A stretch of DNA of 57,317 nucleotides from an uncultured Planctomycetaceae bacterium (GTDB lineage: Bacteria > Planctomycetota > Planctomycetia > Planctomycetales > Planctomycetaceae): positions 1-57,317 of the forward strand of contig CAXBME010000038.1 of assembly GCA_963976765.1 (NCBI GenBank), written 5' to 3'. Shown here in pieces: positions 47,377-54,702 of this stretch (its first letter is position 1; each line of letters begins with the position of its first letter). The position numbers and the translations under genes are program-made. The notes under the pieces were generated by a model. It had not been told where the DNA came from and ran no database searches. It was given only the letters and a program-made list of their open reading frames with translations.

Positions 47377-48876
47377 TCAGTGGTTGTGTCCGGCGTGAGG
47401 ATCGACCCCGCCGCCGGCTTTGTTTTTCAGCGCAACCTGCATCTGATGAGCACCCGTCATGGCAACAGAGTCGCCGGGAAACAGTGAACCGTCATTCGCA
47501 ACGACAACTGAAATCTGATCCTGGAACTCGACGTGGACCGGCTTCCGGTCGAAGTGGTCGCCGTTCTGCTGAAAGACGAAGAATTCGGCGCCCTCTTGCG
47601 CCACAGCATCGACAGGCAGCACAATGCGATCCGGCCACTGCTCGACGGGAACTCTGAGCTGCATGCGTTGCCCCGGCCTGAATCGCCAGGTGACGAAGCG
47701 TCGCCTTGAATCAGCAGTTGATTCGTTGAGCACTTCGTTTCTCAGACCAACATAGAAATGCAGAGCCCGGGATTCCGATTCAACTTCATTGTTGAGAAAG
47801 AGAATCTTCAGATTGTCGATCGCCTTGCGGCCATTTCCCGTTTCCGGGACCGCCTGCACGTTCCAGTCGGCCTGGATGGCGGCAGCAATCTGATCCGCAT
47901 CGTGCTCGAAGGCGCGTCCCTCGATGTAAAGTTCCGCGAAATCCGCCAGCACGGCCAGCGTCTGCCCCGCCTGAACGTACTCGCCTTTCGTGGCATTGAG
48001 TTCCTGAACCACATACTCGTGACGGTCGGACGCCTGTGTCGTCGGTAGTTCTGCGGAGGCTGATACATGACGCAACGCGTCCGATGGAGCTCCCTCCGAC
48101 TTATGCATGTGGACTTCACCGGTTTCTGAATGCACGCCGGGAGCAAGCACATCGAGTTCGCCGAGTAGCTTTCTGGTTTCCACAATGTTGTTGACTTGCG
48201 ACTCGGACAGCCCGTGCAACAGGAGTGCCTCGTGGTGTGCACTCAGCTCAGCTTCGAGTTTCTGCTTACTGTATTCGCGTTCCAGCAGAACCTTGCCGGC
48301 GACCACGCCCTGATTGGTGATTCCCTTCAGTCGAGTGATCTCACGGAGTTCAACATCCAGTTCTCCCAGCGTCTTCAGAAATGCAGTCTGGGCCTGGACC
48401 AAATCTTCATGGGTCAAACGAATACGAAAGAGCAGCCGGCGCGGTTCGATCGACTCGCCCTTGATCAGATTCACAGCGGTCACGACGCCCGTCATCGGTG
48501 CGACGATTTTGAGTCGAGTTCTGCCAGGTCGCTCCACGACGATTGCCGGTACGTTGATCGTCCGTGTGAACTGTTGCAGTTCTATCTCACGGATCATGTC
48601 GTTGGTCAGGCCGATGTTGTTTCTGGCCTGCGCCGACAGTTCCAGAGAGGTGCCCTCGTCATGCCCCGCATGACCGTGGTCATGCCCGGCGTGAGCGTCG
48701 CCACCGGATTCTTTTTCCTCGCCGCCCGATGTCTTCTGAAGTTCTTCCGACAACTGTCCGGCGAGCCACTGTCTGGCAGAGGGCAGCCAGAGCTGGTTCT
48801 GCCACAGGGCTCCGGCGACAACCAGCGCGGCGATGCCCCAGCCGATGACGGCTGGGGGTAGTTTTGTTAGTTTCAT
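47377..48876 (-). CDS. RND periplasmic adaptor
   Basis: N-terminal anchor, HAGHDHGHAGH, APMTGVV, RFRPGQR; ends DPHAGHNH. Confidence 0.92.
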   Translation of the reverse strand: MKLTKLPPAVIGWGIAALVVAGALWQNQLWLPSARQWLAGQLSEELQKTSGGEEKESGGDAHAGHDHGHAGHDEGTSLELSAQARNNIGLTNDMIREIELQQFTRTINVPAIVVERPGRTRLKIVAPMTGVVTAVNLIKGESIEPRRLLFRIRLTHEDLVQAQTAFLKTLGELDVELREITRLKGITNQGVVAGKVLLEREYSKQKLEAELSAHHEALLLHGLSESQVNNIVETRKLLGELDVLAPGVHSETGEVHMHKSEGAPSDALRHVSASAELPTTQASDRHEYVVQELNATKGEYVQAGQTLAVLADFAELYIEGRAFEHDADQIAAAIQADWNVQAVPETGNGRKAIDNLKILFLNNEVESESRALHFYVGLRNEVLNESTADSRRRFVTWRFRPGQRMQLRVPVEQWPDRIVLPVDAVAQEGAEFFVFQQNGDHFDRKPVHVEFQDQISVVVANDGSLFPGDSVAMTGAHQMQVALKNKAGGGVDPHAGHNH

Positions 48877-49119
48877 GATGTCACCTGATTACAGTGTCTG
48901 AAAGAGGCCGATTGCCTCGCGGAAATGAACCCGTGCGCTTCGCGCAGCGCGATCACAGAATGCAGAGAAGAGCGATGGTGCGAGCGCCTGCGAAGTCGTC
49001 ACCGAATGCGAAATGGGGATTCGAATTCGAGTGACGTGTCAGTGTGGTCGACGCCACAACACACTGGTGTGGAACCACAAAGAAGAGGAAGCTGCTCTCA
49101 ACTCTCAGGGTGCTGGCTC

Positions 49120-49653
49120 TTAGAGCTGCCAGACCTGATCAAGCGCGTGAACGCGCAACGATGAGGAGAGCCTGTCGGGAGCGATTCTGTGCCGGCCGAT
49201 CTGGACACGCTTACATGCCGCGACAACTGCCGTCAGATCACAGCAATCCAGTACCGACACGCAATACATTTCGATGTCGCACGGCATACTCAATTCAGCC
49301 GCAGCAGACGTCCATTGACAGGGCGATTCTTCACATGGCGACTCAGGATGATCAGAATCCCCATGATGCGTGCACCCGACGGTCAGTTGGGGTGTCGATG
49401 TCTCATGCGCGGCTTTTTCGCGGGAGAAATCGGACGCGTTTGCTGATCCCAAACGGACTGCCACCGTGACCTGCGAATGCCCGGCGCCGCAGTCTCCCTC
49501 TGCACGATCGACCTCATGATGCTCGCCGTCGTGGGACACTTCTGCGTGAATATCGCAGTCTTCACCGCCGTGAACATGATGAACGCAACACCCCAACACA
49601 GCATGCACAAAAATGCATGCCGCCGTGATCAGGGATGTTGCAGTCTTCAGCAT
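49120..49653 (-). CDS. Cys/His-rich secreted leader protein D
   Basis: IFVHAVLGCCVHHVH, PCEESPCQW; ends LRVHALDQVWQL. Confidence 0.8.
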   Translation of the reverse strand: MLKTATSLITAACIFVHAVLGCCVHHVHGGEDCDIHAEVSHDGEHHEVDRAEGDCGAGHSQVTVAVRLGSANASDFSREKAAHETSTPQLTVGCTHHGDSDHPESPCEESPCQWTSAAAELSMPCDIEMYCVSVLDCCDLTAVVAACKRVQIGRHRIAPDRLSSSLRVHALDQVWQL

Positions 49654-49768
49654 TTGGAAACTCACACCGAGTCGGAATTCTGGCACAACGTGGCGGGATG
49701 TTGCCGTCAATTGCGAGACAAGTCAAGAGAAGTTATCGAGCTCACAGGCTCGCCACTTTAGAGAAAGA

Positions 49769-49804
49769 GATCACCAGCGAGCATACGAGAGCACGCTGGT
49801 GATC
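49769..49804 (-). terminator. 11-bp hairpin downstream of czcC, possible terminator or attenuator
   Basis: GATCACCAGCG...CGCTGGTGATC, followed on the - strand by TCTTTCTCT. Confidence 0.45.
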
Positions 49805-49833
49805 GTTGGGCTGATGTTTCTGTCGGTGTCCGT

Positions 49834-51474
49834 TCAGTCAGCGCGGGACAGACCGCCCGACAGCAGCAGTCCGTCGATCTGCAGTTTCGCAGTCCACCAC
49901 TCCCGAAGTGCGGCCAGATAGTTGATATTGTTCTGGAAGTAGGTTCGCTGAGCGAGCAGCAGCCGGTTGTAATCAAATTCTCCCTGCGTGTAACCAGCCG
50001 TGATCAACTCCAGTGAGTCCTTCGCATCCGGCAGAATTTCAGTGGAGTATCTTTCCACTTCATAAGTCGCGTTCTGGTAACCTTCCATCACGACAGCAAG
50101 GCGGTTTTTCAGGTCGAGTTGCAATCGTTCGACTTCCCGTTGTGCGGCGATCATCTCTGCGTAGGCGGTCTGAATGTTGCCTTCGTTCTTGTTGAAAATC
50201 GGCAGATTGACACCCACTTGAAGTCCGACGATGGCGAATTGGGAACCGTAGTCGTACTGCACGCCGGTTTGCGTCTGAATATCCGGGATGGGCTCGACCT
50301 CTGCGCGCCGCAGTGCCGCGCGGGCTCGCTCGACCTGGGCATTGGCCGCCTGAAGCTCCGGGCTGGCTGACATGATGCGGGCCATCACGGCATCAGTGCC
50401 GAGTTCATCCATGGCAGGTTCCAGTTCCCCGCCGACGCGTTCTATTGGGCGATCCGGTTGCCCCAGAACGGCTGCCAACTGTTGCCATGCGGCAGTCTGC
50501 CGGTTCGTTGCATTTCGAAGTAGAACCCGCGCACTGTTCAACTCGATTTTCGCCTGGAGCAGATCAACACGACCAGCCTGTTTGGCGTCGAACAGTGCCT
50601 GAGCTGTCTTAACCCCTTCTTCGCTGATCTTCACGAGCTGTTCTGAAAGAGTCACTGCACGCTGAGCATTCAAAACATCGTAAAAGCCAATCCGGACTGA
50701 TGTCAGGACTCGTTGCCGCTGCGCTTCCAGGTCCTGCTGTCGGGCTTCGATTTCGCGGGCAGCCGTGTACTGATTGAGTTCCAGCTTGCCGCCAGTCACA
50801 AATGTCTGCGAAACGTAGGCCCCCTGCTGGCCAGCCTTGCCATCGTTTCCGATCTCACTCGCCTGATAGCCCACCTGAGGATTCGGATAGAGACCTCCCT
50901 GGATGTACTGACCTTCGGCTCCCGTAATGGCCGCTTCAGCCTGAGCAAGCGTTGGGTTGTGAACCTGAGCAATTTCTTCGATGTCCGCCAGAGACAGAGC
51001 CCCTTCCACCTGAATTGGTGCCGGCAATGGCAACGGCTCATCCGATTCGCTGGCGGGGGGCGCCAGAGGTGCGGGTGGCGTTTGATAGGATGCGGTTCTG
51101 GTCTCTCCGGGTGACGGTTTGCGAACGTCCGATGCAGCGGACGTCGCTGCGAGCCAGGTGATGTTCCCACTGGATGACAGTGGTGCCCCTTGCTGTGAAG
51201 CCGTCGAGCGGGCGGGTTCCGCCTGGACACTGGCCACCAGCGTGACAGCCGCACTCGCGGCTTCCTCAGCGGCAGCCGCGGCGTTAACGGCCGCAGCCGC
51301 AGTTGTTCTTGCAACGGCGATCGCGTCGTTGTCGTCAGCCGACGCTGCAACGGCCCGCGCTGGAGGCGTGCGGTCGGCCAGCCCTGGGGCGCGGCCGTGT
51401 TCCACCTGCGCACACGAGGGCAGGATTGTGAACGGAAGAATCAGAAACAGTCGTCGGAAGAATAATCGAGACAT
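49834..51474 (-). CDS. czcC: TolC/CzcC-family outer-membrane efflux lipoprotein
   Basis: Lipobox-like LPS-C, HNPTLAQA, GLYPNP, LPIFNKNEGNI, GYTQGEFDY. Confidence 0.92.
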   Translation of the reverse strand: MSRLFFRRLFLILPFTILPSCAQVEHGRAPGLADRTPPARAVAASADDNDAIAVARTTAAAAVNAAAAAEEAASAAVTLVASVQAEPARSTASQQGAPLSSSGNITWLAATSAASDVRKPSPGETRTASYQTPPAPLAPPASESDEPLPLPAPIQVEGALSLADIEEIAQVHNPTLAQAEAAITGAEGQYIQGGLYPNPQVGYQASEIGNDGKAGQQGAYVSQTFVTGGKLELNQYTAAREIEARQQDLEAQRQRVLTSVRIGFYDVLNAQRAVTLSEQLVKISEEGVKTAQALFDAKQAGRVDLLQAKIELNSARVLLRNATNRQTAAWQQLAAVLGQPDRPIERVGGELEPAMDELGTDAVMARIMSASPELQAANAQVERARAALRRAEVEPIPDIQTQTGVQYDYGSQFAIVGLQVGVNLPIFNKNEGNIQTAYAEMIAAQREVERLQLDLKNRLAVVMEGYQNATYEVERYSTEILPDAKDSLELITAGYTQGEFDYNRLLLAQRTYFQNNINYLAALREWWTAKLQIDGLLLSGGLSRAD

Positions 51475-51573
51475 GGGTCAGCCACCGGTATTAGGAGCAT
51501 CAGTGAATCAGAAGCCTCACACACGTGAGAACACGACCTCAACGTCGCCCTTGAGCGGCGACCGCAGCAGGCT

Positions 51574-52011
51574 TTAGATGAGCAGATGCCCCGGCGACCT
51601 CGTTCGCGAGCTGCTTCTTTGGATTGGCGTCTCTTCGATTTCCAGCAGGGGCTTCTCAAAGACCGGCGCACGCCACAGGGTTGTTTCCTGTCCTGCATGG
51701 CGATCGAACATCAGCTCGCCCGTCTTCGTCACCAGGTTTGGCAATTCACCCTTGCAGACCGGGCACTCGTGCCGTTGCGGGCTTGGCAGGTGGTTCGGCG
51801 ACTCTTTGCCCGTCGCCCGTCGTTGACTGCTCTCGACGACAGTTTTTCCACCATCGCAGGAACAACTGCCTTGATGACGATCACAGCGGGAACCCGGAGC
51901 CAGGCTTTGGCAGCAGGAATCACACGCCGACTGCAATACACAGCATGGCTGCGTGGATTGCAACGCAGTCACCAGCAACAACAGCAGTGAACTGAGAACG
52001 GGGCGAAACAT
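51574..52011 (-). CDS. Cys-rich secreted leader protein E (czcI-like position)
   Basis: Signal peptide, PCC..CDSCC, CSC, HECPVC; ends RSPGHLLI; directly upstream of czcC. Confidence 0.78.
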   Translation of the reverse strand: MFRPVLSSLLLLLVTALQSTQPCCVLQSACDSCCQSLAPGSRCDRHQGSCSCDGGKTVVESSQRRATGKESPNHLPSPQRHECPVCKGELPNLVTKTGELMFDRHAGQETTLWRAPVFEKPLLEIEETPIQRSSSRTRSPGHLLI

Positions 52012-52355
52012 GAGTGCGAGTCTGGAAAGAGGAAGTGAAACTAAGGTCACGAAATCGCTTATCCAGTTCATCGGCTCATCCGGCACGATCAATGAGTTCC
52101 AACCAGCCGTTCCACGACGAATTTCAAGCCGACGCGTCACAACTTCGCTGACCGTCAAACTCCGCCAGAGTATGAATAAAAGACAGTCTGGAAACTCGAA
52201 TCTGTTACGGAAAACGTCGATCTGCGGGATGTCTCACCACAGTTGCCGCTGGCTTGAAGCCGATCTAAAAGGTGCAGAAAGGTTGCCTCAGTGATTTTGT
52301 TTTTGGTGAGAATTACTCTTCCCGACATCCAGTCAGCATGCTACGCTCTGGTGCT

Positions 52356-52799
52356 ATGACTTCACGCATTCTCCTCACACTTATGATGCTGGCCCAGACG
52401 CTGGTCTGTCCGTTCCTCGATTGTGGGGAATGCAGAGGTGCCTGCGCAGCTCGGAGTGCAGTGGCGGATGATGCGGGTGGTGATTGCTGCAAGTCCGAGT
52501 CGGATTCCTCATCGGCTGTGTGTGAGCACAAGTCCGATCCCTGTGACGATCCGACATGTCCGGACAATCCCGGCCCGCTAGATTGCCTGTGTGGTGGAGC
52601 AGTTCCGACTGATGCCGTCGACAGCCCGGACCTGTTGGCTGGTGGCGAATACCTTGCTCTGCCGGGCATCACTCTGTCGGAGACCGCTTTGCGGCTCGTC
52701 GCCATGTCGGCTGAGCTGAGTGTCGAAGGCTGCCCCCACTTCCCGCCGCTGATCACGGGAACGTCGCTCTGCGCGCTGACGCAGACGTATCAACTCTGA
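52356..52799 (+). CDS. Cys-rich secreted leader protein F
   Basis: CPFLDCGECRGAC, DCC, DCLC; ends HFPPLITGTSLCALTQTYQL; paralogue of 12315-12773. Confidence 0.82.
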   Translation: MTSRILLTLMMLAQTLVCPFLDCGECRGACAARSAVADDAGGDCCKSESDSSSAVCEHKSDPCDDPTCPDNPGPLDCLCGGAVPTDAVDSPDLLAGGEYLALPGITLSETALRLVAMSAELSVEGCPHFPPLITGTSLCALTQTYQL

Positions 52800-52950
52800 G
52801 AGCCCGCGGCTCGCTTCAGAGAGACAAACACGACCGACTGTCATTCGCCGGTCGGACCTGCTGATCACTCTCTGATCCCGCCTTAGCCGTCGTTTTTCTG
52901 CGCTCGGGTTCTGCCTTGCGCTGACAATTCTCAGTTGTGGATACCCTGTC

Positions 52951-54612
52951 ATGAGCACTCAGACTCTACCCCCTGGCGCAGCCGCTGCGCCGGATGCCGG
53001 TTCGCCGGAAGCGGCTGGTTCATCACCGCCCACTGAACAGCAAACAACGATTTCGATACAGCGTCGATTTACAACGTGGCTTCTTGGTTCGATTCCAACG
53101 GCTGTTGTCCTCGCCGTGCTGGCAGCACTTGGTTGGTGGGGACATCACTCGGGATGGGCCTTGCCAAAGTTTTCGGAAGTCACCGGCGAAGCCACAGCGT
53201 TGCCCGACGACTGGTGCGAAGAACACGGCGTGCCTGAAACGATGTGCGTCGAGTGCAATCCGGACGAGTATCCGCATCGCGAGCTGCACGGTTGGTGCAA
53301 GGTCCACGGCGTTCATGAATGCCCGCTGCATCACCCCGATGTGGCACAGCTCAAGTCGTTGCCGGAGATCGAGCCGCGTGATCTTGATCGGGCCGAACGA
53401 GCATTGAAACTCCGTCCTCGACCTGAAAACAACTTCGCCTGCCAGAACCCCGGTCGGCGGATTCAGTTTGCGTCGCAAGAGGCGGCTGCGAAAGCCGGTG
53501 TCGATGTCGAACCTGTACTACGTGCGCCGATTACGGAATCCGTCTCTGCGACCGGTGAGATTCGATACGACGAAACCCGTGTCGCTCAACTGGCGTCCAA
53601 GGCGGCTGGAACCGTGTGGCGAGTTGAGAAGCAGGTCGGTGACCAGGTGCGGGAAGGAGAGATTCTGGCGATCGTTGATGCCGTTGATGTGGGGCGAGCG
53701 AAATCCGAACTGCTGGCGGCTCTGGCTCAGGAGTCTTTGCAGGAGAAAATACATCAACGGCTGAAGAATCTGGCAACTCAGGGTGTGACTGCGGGAAGAC
53801 AGGCTCAGGAAGCCGAGACGGAATACAGCAAGGCACACATCCGCGTCCTGAGTGCGTCTCAGACACTGATCAATTTTGGACTGCCGGTTTCCGTCGAACA
53901 GGTGCACGACATTCCGGCCGATCAGCTTGCGAAGTCGATCCGGTTTCTTGGCCTGCCACGCTCGCTGGCCTCTGAACTCGATCCGGCCAGAACTTCGTCG
54001 AATCTGCTTCCCGTCACCGCTCCGTTTGACGGCGTCGTCGTCAGTCGCCGTGTCGTTCCCGGTGAAGTGATCGACACATCGAAAATGCTGCTTGAGATCG
54101 CCGACACCAGCCGCATGTGGCTGATGCTCAACATTCCTCTGGAGGATGCCGCCTTCGTTTCAACCGGGCAGAACATCGTCTTTCTGCCTGACGGAAGCCC
54201 GAACGAAGTCAGCGGAACGATCGAGTGGAAAAGTACGTCATCGGACCAGAAGACGCGGACGTTGATGGTTCGAGCCAGTCTCGACAACTCCAGTGGCCAG
54301 TTGCTGAATGAAGCCTTTGGCACAGGCCGTGTGGTCCTTCGCGAAGAGCCTGAGGCGATCGTCGTTCCCAACGAAGCTGTGCAATGGGACGGTAGCTGTG
54401 CCGTCGTCTTCGTCCGTGACAAAGCGTGGTTTGATGACAAATCGCCGAAGCTGTTCCACACCCGCTCGGTCCGGCCGGGAGTGAAGCTGGACGACTACAC
54501 CGAAATCATTGCTGGCGTCCTGCCAGGAGAAGTCGTCGCCACGCTGGGGAGCGACGTGTTGAGGGCGCAACTGCTGAAAAACAACCTCGGCGCCGGCTGA
54601 ACTTGCGAATAA
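52951..54612 (+). CDS. RND periplasmic adaptor with N-terminal Cys/His module; UGA at 54598-54600 possibly selenocysteine (otherwise ends at 54600)
   Basis: MFP motifs GEIRYDE, APFDGVV, IADTSRMW, TRTLMVRA; WCEEHGVPE/WCKVHGVHE; 3' end GGC-TGA-ACT-TGC-GAA-TAA. Confidence 0.9.
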
Positions 54613-54641
54613 TCCGCGACCGGTCGGTCGCTTCAAATTCA
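54598..54641 (+). promoter_or_regulatory. Candidate bacterial SECIS element
   Basis: Stem GCGACC (54616-21), loop GGTC, GGTCGC (54626-31). 21 nt lie between the UGA and the loop, and the loop starts with G. Confidence 0.6.
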
Positions 54642-54702
54642 CAAACAAAACCCTCAAACACACCGTTCGGGACTTCGGCCCCTCAAGTCTGGACTGTCTG
54701 CC

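Noticed and set aside
13938..52799. Selenocysteine readthrough at other UGA stops checked (13940, 18703, 42382, 52799)
   Set aside because: Readthrough gives no Cys-like motif, and no comparable compact G-loop hairpin was seen at SECIS distance.
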